NCBI GenBank assembly: GCA_964524715.1
Contig: CAZGGF010000076.1
Span: 28,639 to 92,638 of the forward strand
Direction of reading: 5' to 3'
DNA: 64,000 nucleotides
DNA from: an uncultured Verrucomicrobiota bacterium
Lineage (GTDB): Bacteria; Verrucomicrobiota; Verrucomicrobiia; CAIQCK01
Shown here: piece after piece, positions 18,916 to 26,831 of the stretch
How positions within the stretch are numbered: position 1 is the first letter of the stretch
Layout: each line of letters starts with the position of its first letter
Made by a program: the position numbers and the translations under genes
Notes under the pieces: generated by a model
Database searches by the model: none
The model's input: only the letters and a program-made list of their open reading frames with translations
What the model was told of the DNA's origin: nothing

Positions 18916-19761
18916 ATGAACGAACACATCTCTCTGACAATCCTCGTCGAGAACAGCGTCAACGCGCGCGGCCTGTTGGCAGAACACGGTTGGGCGGTTT
19001 GGATCCAGGCGGGCGCGCAGAGTCTGCTGTTTGATACCGGCCAGAGCCAGTTGCTACAGGCCAACGCACAGACCTTGGGAGTGTCTTTGCAGAAAGCACA
19101 ATCTGTTGTGCTGAGCCACGGCCATTTCGATCACACCGGCGGACTGGCCACAATTCTGAGTGCGTCGCCGCAAGCCAAAGTCTTCGTTCATCCGGCGGCC
19201 CTTGCGGCTAAATACGCTCGCCGTGACGATGGCCGCACGGTACCTGCCGGCATGACCGCGGCCGCGGCGCGAGCTTTGCGCGCGCAGGAAGCTTCGGTGC
19301 ACTGGACCACGGACGTCACACAAGTCGCTGACGGCATCTTCGTCACCGGCAAGATCCCCCGGCTCACACTATTTGAAGACACGGGTGGCCAGTTCTTTCT
19401 CGATGAGCAATGCATCCAGCCCGACCCACTGAGCGACGACCAATCCCTGTTCTTCGAGACAAGAGAGGGCATCGTAGTCATCCTCGGCTGCGCCCATGCT
19501 GGCGTCATCAACACCTTGCAGTACATTCGCCGGATTACCGGCGGCAAACCCATTCACACTGTCCTCGGTGGAATGCACTTGCTCAACGCCAAGCCGGAAC
19601 GAATCGAGCAGACAATCCAAGCATTTCGACAGCTTGGCATTCAACGAATTGGCCCGGCTCATTGCACGGGCATGGCTGCAACAGCCCAGTTATGGTCAGC
19701 TTTTCCCAACAGTTGCGTTGCTTGCAGTGTTGGGACGCGGCTGGAATTTGCCGGGATTTGA
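18916..19761 (+). CDS. MBL-fold metallo-hydrolase (COG1237-like)
   Basis: AGGAG lies 10 nt upstream of ATG 18916. 'VLSHGHFDHTGG' metal-binding motif. Confidence 0.85.
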   Translation: MNEHISLTILVENSVNARGLLAEHGWAVWIQAGAQSLLFDTGQSQLLQANAQTLGVSLQKAQSVVLSHGHFDHTGGLATILSASPQAKVFVHPAALAAKYARRDDGRTVPAGMTAAAARALRAQEASVHWTTDVTQVADGIFVTGKIPRLTLFEDTGGQFFLDEQCIQPDPLSDDQSLFFETREGIVVILGCAHAGVINTLQYIRRITGGKPIHTVLGGMHLLNAKPERIEQTIQAFRQLGIQRIGPAHCTGMAATAQLWSAFPNSCVACSVGTRLEFAGI

Positions 19762-19848
19762 GGGCAGGATTCAGACAGTCAGCAATCCCAAGCCAATCAT
19801 TGATGAACAGTCGCCAGAACAGGAACAATCACAATCTGGAGAATAAAT

Positions 19849-20325
19849 ATGTCCAAGATCAGTCGCAGAAAATTCATTGGTAACGTTGCCGTTGCGGGAA
19901 CTGGCGCGTGCGTTTGCAGTCTCAGCAGTTGCGCCACCTTCACCAAGGTCGGGAACACGCCGCCGATTCCGGCTGACGCCTATGTCATCGCCAGCAACAC
20001 GTTGACGATTTCTTTGGAAAAAGCCCCGGCGCTGGCAAAGACCGGCGGTTCCGTCAAGATTATCGACGCGAAACTGCCACAACCCATGATTGTCGCACGA
20101 ACCGGCGATGGTGATTATGCCCTCGTCTCCATCAAGTGCCCCCACCGTGGCGCGGAAGTGGAATACCAGCACGACGCAAAGGAGTTTCGTTGTTCAAGCC
20201 TGGGCCATTCGACCTTCAAAGCCGACGGCACATTCATCAAAGGCTTCGCAGGGAAATCGCTGACGAAATTCGACGCTCACCTTGATCCGACAAACAAGAG
20301 CCGTCTGATCGTCAAGCTTTCCTAG
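19849..20325 (+). CDS. Tat-exported Rieske [2Fe-2S] domain protein
   Basis: Twin-arginine signal 'SRRKFIGNVAVAG'. Rieske ligands 'CPHRG' and 'CSSLGHS'. GGAGA upstream of the ATG. Confidence 0.85.
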   Translation: MSKISRRKFIGNVAVAGTGACVCSLSSCATFTKVGNTPPIPADAYVIASNTLTISLEKAPALAKTGGSVKIIDAKLPQPMIVARTGDGDYALVSIKCPHRGAEVEYQHDAKEFRCSSLGHSTFKADGTFIKGFAGKSLTKFDAHLDPTNKSRLIVKLS

Positions 20326-20337
20326 CCACGCACGAGG

Positions 20338-20730
20338 TCAGTGGCCGGTCATGGACCATCCTGTACGATGGTCCATTTTCTCGATCTCACTGCCCTGCTG
20401 ACGTGTCACTGGCAGCAGCAGGAACACGACCACAAGCACCAACCCGACGCTCCCCCTGCCCAGCAGCCCCCAGAACCGGCCGTCGCTTCCCACTTTCTTT
20501 ACCCACGCCCAGTTCAAGACCAGATGCGCCACCGTTAGCGCGATGACTGCAAGCGCGATCCACAAATGGACATCGCCCCAATCATGCCGCCCCAAGCCGA
20601 GAAATTCCAAGCCACGACCGCCCCGGCTGCCCGGCGGCATGCGGAAGGATAACAACAACCCGGTGCCGGTAAGGGCGCAAAATCCTGCGTACAACAGCCA
20701 GTTCACCATCCGCATCAGTCTTGTTTTCAT
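20338..20730 (-). CDS. DUF4405-like (cytochrome-b-like) small membrane protein
   Basis: Trimmed to ATG 20730. 'MKTRLMRMVNWLLYAGF...HLWIALAVIALTVAHLVLNWAWVKK' matches the DUF4405 pattern. Confidence 0.6.
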   Translation of the reverse strand: MKTRLMRMVNWLLYAGFCALTGTGLLLSFRMPPGSRGGRGLEFLGLGRHDWGDVHLWIALAVIALTVAHLVLNWAWVKKVGSDGRFWGLLGRGSVGLVLVVVFLLLPVTRQQGSEIEKMDHRTGWSMTGH

Positions 20731-20768
20731 GCCGTGTTCGTCACTCCTTTTCGTTGTTCCAGACGAAA

Positions 20769-20795
20769 AGACGAGACGCACCACCGGCGCATTCC
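20769..20795 (-). promoter_or_regulatory. ECF-type promoter candidate (TGGAAT-N17-CGTCT)
   Basis: Minus strand reads AAATAATTGGAATGCGCCGGTGGTGCGTCTCGTCTTTTC. It starts right after the RseB-like stop (20798-20800), about 39 nt upstream of ATG 20730. Confidence 0.45.
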
Positions 20796-20797
20796 AA

Positions 20798-21811
20798 TTA
20801 TTTGATGCTGTCGGCAATCCTGGACAATTCCGCTTCCGGCAGATCACCGATGAGGACGTATGACAGGTCGCCAACCTGCCTGACGAGCATCCGGCCCGGT
20901 TGGGTCGCCAGCAATTCGCAGTTTCGCCCACCGCCGCGGCCTTTTCCCCATCCAAAGCCACGGCCGCGGCCGCGCCCGGGGCATTGCGTGAAACGCTCGA
21001 ATACCGAAACGCTGTTCAGTCCATCCACGTAGCGTAGTTGCGCGGACGGCGTGCCGCAGCGGCAGTGGTAAAGATGAAGTCCATCCAGTGCAAAGCCCGG
21101 CGGCAAATACGCCGGTTCACGCACGTTGAACCCCACCTCTTTGGACAGTCTCTCACGGTCCCAGTGCTTGCCGGGTTCATTCCCGACCGTGACCTTCTTC
21201 CAGTCGTCAGGCACCTCGAAGAGGCTGCCATGCAGCGTGGGCTTCCAGTCGATGTCCGTGTAGAAAGTCAACGCCGTCAGTTCGCCATCGCAGCTGTAGT
21301 ACTCCGAACGCAAAATGAGGTTGGTGGCTCGATCCACCCAGACTTTCTTTGACGGGCGGCCCGCCTCGCGATGTTTGATCACCAACACGTCTGCTGCACG
21401 GCCTATGATCGACTCCGTTCGCTCGGCCGTCACCGTGTAATTCTTCAACAACAGGTCGAACACGCCGGCATCCCGGCATGAGCAATCGATACACGCGATC
21501 TTCTGCGCGGGGTCCAGCCGGATGACCGCATCGCCCTTCTCGATCATCACCAGTCCCTTCAGCGCCGGGGCTTGGTATTCCCAGCGACAGCAGCCGGGCT
21601 TTCGGCACACCACAACCTGCGACGACACGGAACTCTGCCGGGAGAAGGTCGCCGTGTTCAACGTCGCGCGCAACGTGAGCCGTTCTTCCGCGCCCTGCGC
21701 CGCTCGCAACCGCTCCGCCGGCCCGGTTGACGCCGACAAGCCGGTGTCGTCCGCCCCCGAAGCCGCCAGAGCCATTGCCACCATGCTGGTGAATAGAATC
21801 GCTCGCATCAT
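20798..21811 (-). CDS. MucB/RseB-like (LolA-fold) periplasmic sigma-regulatory protein
   Basis: Third gene of the sigma/anti-sigma operon. The start (ATGATGA) overlaps the anti-sigma stop. Signal MMRAILFTSMVAMALAASG. Contains an unusual 'CPGRGRGRGFGWGKGRGGGRNC' insert. Confidence 0.6.
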   Translation of the reverse strand: MMRAILFTSMVAMALAASGADDTGLSASTGPAERLRAAQGAEERLTLRATLNTATFSRQSSVSSQVVVCRKPGCCRWEYQAPALKGLVMIEKGDAVIRLDPAQKIACIDCSCRDAGVFDLLLKNYTVTAERTESIIGRAADVLVIKHREAGRPSKKVWVDRATNLILRSEYYSCDGELTALTFYTDIDWKPTLHGSLFEVPDDWKKVTVGNEPGKHWDRERLSKEVGFNVREPAYLPPGFALDGLHLYHCRCGTPSAQLRYVDGLNSVSVFERFTQCPGRGRGRGFGWGKGRGGGRNCELLATQPGRMLVRQVGDLSYVLIGDLPEAELSRIADSIK

Positions 21812-22293
21812 TGTATCTCCCGGCCCATCTGGCTGCGGGCCAGCATCACACCCAGCGATGCCTTGTCGCTCAACGGGTCGTTCCACGCCAACATGCCGTG
21901 GCGCTGGATGAAGTCCTGAGTCTCGTCATCCTCCGCCGGCGCAAACCGGGATACCGTCAAGAGCAATGCCACCGCTGCCACCGCTGTCGCCGCCATCCCC
22001 GCGTAAGCCAGCCGCGGCCACCGCGCCGGGAAAAGCATTTCCCACCAAGGCACGCGCACCGGTTCGGGCTCGGGCGCTTCGATGTCACGGCGAATGGCAT
22101 TCCAGAGCCCCGCGGGCGCTTCTTCCGGGGGCAGTGCATCAAGCACCGTGCCCACCTGTTGCAGCAAGTGCAGTTCGCGCCGGCAGGCCGGGCACTCCGA
22201 AAGATGGCGTTCGATCTCCGCGCGCTCAGACTCTTGCAGCGCGCCGACCGTGAAGTCGGCCAGTTGATTTTGGATGTCTTTGCAGCATTTCAT
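21808..22293 (-). CDS. anti-sigma factor (zf-HC2 type, single TM)
   Basis: 'H-X3-C-X2-C' motif 'ERHLSECPACRREL'. TM segment 'LAYAGMAATAVAAVALLLTV'. Lies directly downstream of the ECF sigma gene. Confidence 0.8.
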   Translation of the reverse strand: MKCCKDIQNQLADFTVGALQESERAEIERHLSECPACRRELHLLQQVGTVLDALPPEEAPAGLWNAIRRDIEAPEPEPVRVPWWEMLFPARWPRLAYAGMAATAVAAVALLLTVSRFAPAEDDETQDFIQRHGMLAWNDPLSDKASLGVMLARSQMGREIQ

Positions 22294-22300
22294 ACACGCC

Positions 22301-22891
22301 TCATTCCTTCACCAACGGGTCCAGAGTCCTGCGCAACGCCTCCCGCGCCCGCGCCAAACGCGACAATACCGTGCCGGACGAGATGCCCAATACCTCGGCA
22401 ATGGCCGTGACCTCCAAACCTTCCAAATGATGCATGGTCACAACGGTCCGGTGGATTTCCGGCAACCGTTCCACGGCACGCCGCACGAACTTCTGCATAT
22501 CCTCTGACAGCACGATCTGCCCTGGTCCCAGCGACCAGTCGGGAATCTCCAGCGCGGCGGGCGATTCCTCATCTTCACCCGGCGCGTCCAGCGAAACCGT
22601 CGGCTTTTCCATCCGCTTCCGGCTGTCGCGCACGGCGTTCAGAGCGATCTGATGCAACCACACCAAAAACGCCTTGTCGGAACGCAGGTTTTTCAATGCG
22701 CCCCACGCCCGCACGTAGGCCTTCTGCGTCAGATCAGCCGCATCTTCGGAATTCGTCACCATGGATCGGACAAAGTTGTAGATCCGGCGGTGGGTCGCGC
22801 GAAACAGCTCGCCGAACGCTTCCACATCGCCTTCGCGCGCCCGCGACACCAATGCCGGGTCGGAAGTTTCCATATGCTCATTCTGACTCAT
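22301..22891 (-). CDS. ECF-family RNA polymerase sigma-70 factor
   Basis: 'GDVEAFGELF...IYNFV' (region 2) and 'TAIAEVLGISSGTVLSRLARAR' (region 4 HTH). The track ATG 22924 coincides with the predicted -35 box, so the start is more likely ATG 22891 or 22873. Confidence 0.9.
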   Translation of the reverse strand: MSQNEHMETSDPALVSRAREGDVEAFGELFRATHRRIYNFVRSMVTNSEDAADLTQKAYVRAWGALKNLRSDKAFLVWLHQIALNAVRDSRKRMEKPTVSLDAPGEDEESPAALEIPDWSLGPGQIVLSEDMQKFVRRAVERLPEIHRTVVTMHHLEGLEVTAIAEVLGISSGTVLSRLARAREALRRTLDPLVKE

Positions 22892-22895
22892 GACA

Positions 22896-22922
22896 GGACG
22901 ACCCTCGTCGCTGGCAGATTCC
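22896..22922 (-). promoter_or_regulatory. ECF-type (autoregulatory) promoter candidate (TGGAAT-N17-CGTCC)
   Basis: Minus strand reads AAAAAGATGGAATCTGCCAGCGACGAGGGTCGTCCTGTCATG. Same architecture as the sites at 16.8 and 20.8 kb. Confidence 0.45.
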
Positions 22923-22964
22923 ATCTTTTTTTGCCCGTCACCCGCCAGACCTCCTCACGCACGG

Positions 22965-23510
22965 TCAACTAAGCCAACCCGCCAGCCGGGCCTTCGCATC
23001 CTCGTCTGCGCACGCGGCGAGAACTTCGCCGAAATAGACGCGATGGAAGTCACCATGTGGATAAAACGTCGTCACGATCGCCTGCTCAAGTCGTTGAGGC
23101 TCCACCTCATTCGTATGGACGACGCGGCACTCGTAGCTGATGACTGCCTGCTCGATCAGCGGCACCTTCACCTCTTGCGCCGGCGTAACCGTCATGCGGG
23201 TCTCGGCAAACTTGTCCGTAGTGCGCCCCGACGCCGAGCCGCAAATTTGGATCGCTTCAACGAACTCCCGGGGCATTACGTTCACTGTGAATTCGGCATT
23301 TTGCTCCAGCCGGCTGAAACTGTACCGGCTCGGCCTCACCAACACCTCCAGGATCGGCTTGCCCCATAGCACGCCGCCCACCAACCAGCCTATGGTCATC
23401 GGGTTCGGCTTGCCGTCCGCGCCCGCCGTGCACAGCAGCAGTCCGCCGCGCGTCAGCGCCGTCATTGTTTCCTGCCACAGGTCGAAAGGTCCAATCGATT
23501 GCTTGCTCAT
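22965..23510 (-). CDS. flavin reductase-like (FMN-binding split-barrel) protein
   Basis: 'LLLCTAGADGKPNPMTIGW' is typical of flavin reductase-like domains. ATGA overlap with the upstream nitroreductase stop. Confidence 0.75.
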   Translation of the reverse strand: MSKQSIGPFDLWQETMTALTRGGLLLCTAGADGKPNPMTIGWLVGGVLWGKPILEVLVRPSRYSFSRLEQNAEFTVNVMPREFVEAIQICGSASGRTTDKFAETRMTVTPAQEVKVPLIEQAVISYECRVVHTNEVEPQRLEQAIVTTFYPHGDFHRVYFGEVLAACADEDAKARLAGWLS

Positions 23511-24043
23511 AGGTATTTGCTCCACACACGTTCCTGATGCACAAGGTCCTTCAATTCCCGCCGCGGTCTCGCCGACGGTTGCTCAGCGGCATAGCCAATC
23601 GGCAACACGGCGACTGGACGCAATGTGCCCCTGGCATCCACCGCCGCCGCCACCGCCGCATCGTCATACGCGCCGACCCAGCAACAGCTCAATCCCAGCG
23701 CCGTCGCCGCCAACTCGGCGTAGGCGCAGGCAATCGTGGCATCCTGCACACAGTAAAGCTTCGCGCCGCGATCGGCGTACCGCTCGCGGTTTCGGTCCTG
23801 TGCAGCCAGGAACACCAGCACCACCGGCGCTTCGGCAATGAACGCCTGGTCCCATGCCGCCTTGACGAGCTGTTGTTTCCGCTCGGCGTCCCGCACGAGC
23901 ACAATCTCGTAAGCCTGCCGGTTGCCGGCCGACGGCGCTGCGTTGGCCGATTCCAGAATACGCTGCAGTTTCTCCTCTTCCACCGCGCGTTGTTGATAAG
24001 CACGAACCGAGCGGCGGTCTTTGATCACTTTAAAGATATCCAT
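23507..24043 (-). CDS. nitroreductase family protein
   Basis: Trimmed to ATG 24043 (AAAGGA upstream). 'IKDRRSVRAY...ILESANAAPSAGNRQ' is the nitroreductase signature. Confidence 0.85.
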   Translation of the reverse strand: MDIFKVIKDRRSVRAYQQRAVEEEKLQRILESANAAPSAGNRQAYEIVLVRDAERKQQLVKAAWDQAFIAEAPVVLVFLAAQDRNRERYADRGAKLYCVQDATIACAYAELAATALGLSCCWVGAYDDAAVAAAVDARGTLRPVAVLPIGYAAEQPSARPRRELKDLVHQERVWSKYL

Positions 24044-24440
24044 GTTGTTCCTTTCCCAAATAAACCAGATGCGCCGGACAATCGCAATCGCTGGAGCCAA
24101 ATCCCGGCACCACCACCCGCGCACCAGCCAACCGCATCGTCCGCGCGTTCCACGAACACTCCAACCGCTGCCGCGTCGCCCGCGCCTCGATCCGCGCGAT
24201 ATGCGCATGCCGCAGCAGGTAGTCGATATGCCAATGCATCTTCTTCCGCCGCCGCTGGTGCCGGGCCAGACGTTGTCGAAGCCCGCCGAGCGCGCTGCCG
24301 GTGTAAACGTAGACGCCCGGCGGAAAATCGAAAGTCCCCAACTTCCCCACCGTCAGCCGTGACGCCTTGGGCAATTCGATCCAAAGCTGGTAAACACCCG
24401 GCGTACGCGCTGTTTCTTGGATGGGCTGTTTGCGCTGCAT
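24030..24440 (-). CDS. GIY-YIG superfamily DUF123 (Uri-like) protein
   Basis: Trimmed to ATG 24440. 'GVYVYTGSALGGLRQRLARH...KKMHWHIDYL' matches DUF123. Overlaps the nitroreductase start by 14 nt. Confidence 0.7.
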   Translation of the reverse strand: MQRKQPIQETARTPGVYQLWIELPKASRLTVGKLGTFDFPPGVYVYTGSALGGLRQRLARHQRRRKKMHWHIDYLLRHAHIARIEARATRQRLECSWNARTMRLAGARVVVPGFGSSDCDCPAHLVYLGKEQHGYL

Positions 24441-24540
24441 GTTGATGTATCCCGTCGCTGTGCAGCTACCACCTTCTTCCCGATAACGCAAGGCCGCCAA
24501 CGTCGTTGCGCCAACGTCCGTGTCTTCGTATGCTACGCCC

Positions 24541-26754
24541 ATGCTCAATCGCCTGCTCGTATTGCCAATCGCGCTTATATCGCCCGCCCATGCCGTCTCT
24601 GCCGCCAGTTGGAGCAACATCGGCCCCGGCGGCGGCGGATGGATTCCCTGCGTGGCCGTCAGTCCACACGACTCGCGAGTCGTGTATGCCGGCTGCGATG
24701 TCGGCGGCTTCTTCAAATCCACCGATGCCGGCATGAACTGGCGCATCTGCAACACGGGCCTTCACGACCTCTATGTCGAAGTCATCGCGCCACACCCGCG
24801 CGACCCTAAGGTTATCTACATCGGCACCGAAGGCGGCGTGCACAAGTCCACCGATGGCGGCGAGTCGTGGCAATGGCAGCGGGAGGGTTTTCCACCATTG
24901 CAGCGGCACACTTTCAGCGCTCCCATCGGCGCGTTGGCGATTGACCCGCAGCAGCCCGACACGATTTACGCGGGTATCGGCCGGCCGCGCTGGAAGAAAG
25001 GCGGCGTTGGCACGATCTACAAAACCACCGACGGTGGCGCGCATTGGAGCATCGCAAACCCGAATGGCGGCGGCATGGATCGCGAAGCCCTTGTCAGCGA
25101 CCTCGTCGTTCATCCGCGCGAGAGCCGCCGAGTGTTCGCCGCGACTAATCGCGGCCTCTATCGAAGTGACGATGCCGGCGCAACATGGCGGCTGCTAAGC
25201 AAAGGTCTTCCCCACAACCACACCCGCCGCGTCGGGCTCTGCGCCAAGCAGCCCGATGTGATGTACCTGACGCTGCGCACCGAGCCGGGCAAATCGCCGT
25301 GGCAAGGCGGTGTCTATCGCAGCGACGACGGTGGCGAGACGTGGGCACCGCGGCTCGAAGGATTGGCCAAGAACGTCGGCAAACCCGGCGCGCACTCCGC
25401 GATGACCTCGAACGTGGACCGGCTCGTGGTGCATCCCACCGATCCCAACATTGCCTATGTGGGCGACACGGCATGGGTGTCCGCTTTCACCTATCGTACG
25501 ACCGATGGCGGCCAGCACTGGCAGCGTGTGACGTTTCGTCCATCGCCCCGCGCAAAACAGTCGAACATGGACTACGGCTGGATCACCATGTGGGGGCCCA
25601 CTGTCATGGGTCTCGCGATGGATTCGCGAGAGCCGGACACACTCTATTTCAGCACGTCGGGCCTCATCTTCCGCACAGCAGACCGTGGCGAGCACTGGAC
25701 GCAACGTTACACGCGCCCTGCCGAAAAACCGGCTGGTGCGCCAGAATCGCCGACCGGTTGGTGGAGTGGCACGGGATTGGAGGTCACGTGTGCGCATGAG
25801 GTCGTCGTTCATCCGCGCGACCCGAAGCGGATTTACCTCTGTTACGCCGACATCGGTTTGGTGCAGTCATTCGATGGTGGCCGCACATTCGCCCACACCG
25901 TCGCCGGCATGAAGAACTCCGGCAACGTCTTTACCCTCGCGTTCGACCCGGACGACCCGCGCATCGTTTTCGCTGGCACCGGTTGGTGGGAGCATAACGC
26001 CGGCGATGTTTGCCGCTCGGATGACGGTGGCATGACGTGGCGCGTCGTCGGCAAGCCCGACACCGGTCTGCCCGATGGCCAGACACGGCACCTGATTGTG
26101 GATCGTTCCAGTCCAGCGTCGGCGCGGAGGATCTTTGTCAGTGTGAAAGAGCACGGCGTCTTCTGCTCTGAAGACGGTGGCGCAAGCTGGCAGCCACGTA
26201 ACAACGGCCTGCCCAAGAAGGACGTTCGCGGTCTGGCACAGCATCCACGCGAACCGGCGGTGTTGTTGGCATTGTTGGACGATAACGCCGGCTTCTTCCG
26301 CAGTGATGACGGCGGGCAAAACTGGCGGCGGCTCGGCGACTTTGCGTGGGCCGACCCGCGGGCGCTCGCCGTCTGCACGTCCGATCCGCAGCGGCTTTAC
26401 GTTGCCGCCCGCGACAGGTTCAAAGACCGCAAGCTGCATCCCGGCGGCATCTTCGCTTCGCGCGACGGCGGCGCGACGTGGACGCGGGTTCTTGAAGATC
26501 GCTTCATGGCCTCGGTGGCCGTGGACCCGCGCAATGCCGACACCGTCTATGCCGGTGGCGCGGACCATCCGTATCACGATGAAGCATTGGGTCGCGGCTT
26601 AATGCGATCGCGCGACGGCGGCCGCACGTGGCAATCGCTGAACGCGCCGGAGTTGGCCTGCACGAAGATCGCTGCGATCACCGTGGACCCGCACCAGCCT
26701 TCGCGTCTCTACATCAGCACCTCGGGCAACGGCGTATTTGTGAGGGACGAGTGA
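24541..26754 (+). CDS. secreted BNR/Asp-box repeat beta-propeller protein (GH74/sortilin-like)
   Basis: 13 S/T-x-D-x-G-x-(T/S)-W Asp-boxes (STDAGMNW, STDGGESW, TTDGGAHW, ...). ATG 24541 gives the signal MLNRLLVLPIALISPAHAVSA. Confidence 0.8.
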   Translation: MLNRLLVLPIALISPAHAVSAASWSNIGPGGGGWIPCVAVSPHDSRVVYAGCDVGGFFKSTDAGMNWRICNTGLHDLYVEVIAPHPRDPKVIYIGTEGGVHKSTDGGESWQWQREGFPPLQRHTFSAPIGALAIDPQQPDTIYAGIGRPRWKKGGVGTIYKTTDGGAHWSIANPNGGGMDREALVSDLVVHPRESRRVFAATNRGLYRSDDAGATWRLLSKGLPHNHTRRVGLCAKQPDVMYLTLRTEPGKSPWQGGVYRSDDGGETWAPRLEGLAKNVGKPGAHSAMTSNVDRLVVHPTDPNIAYVGDTAWVSAFTYRTTDGGQHWQRVTFRPSPRAKQSNMDYGWITMWGPTVMGLAMDSREPDTLYFSTSGLIFRTADRGEHWTQRYTRPAEKPAGAPESPTGWWSGTGLEVTCAHEVVVHPRDPKRIYLCYADIGLVQSFDGGRTFAHTVAGMKNSGNVFTLAFDPDDPRIVFAGTGWWEHNAGDVCRSDDGGMTWRVVGKPDTGLPDGQTRHLIVDRSSPASARRIFVSVKEHGVFCSEDGGASWQPRNNGLPKKDVRGLAQHPREPAVLLALLDDNAGFFRSDDGGQNWRRLGDFAWADPRALAVCTSDPQRLYVAARDRFKDRKLHPGGIFASRDGGATWTRVLEDRFMASVAVDPRNADTVYAGGADHPYHDEALGRGLMRSRDGGRTWQSLNAPELACTKIAAITVDPHQPSRLYISTSGNGVFVRDE

Positions 26755-26831
26755 CGGCACAATGACGGAAACAACTACCGTTTTCGCAGCAGTTGGCGCA
26801 GAATAATACAACGGCAGGTTGAGGGACGATT

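Noticed and set aside
23537-24445. 302-aa plus-strand ORF over the nitroreductase/DUF123 genes
   Set aside because: Shadow ORF. The minus strand encodes clear nitroreductase and DUF123 signatures.
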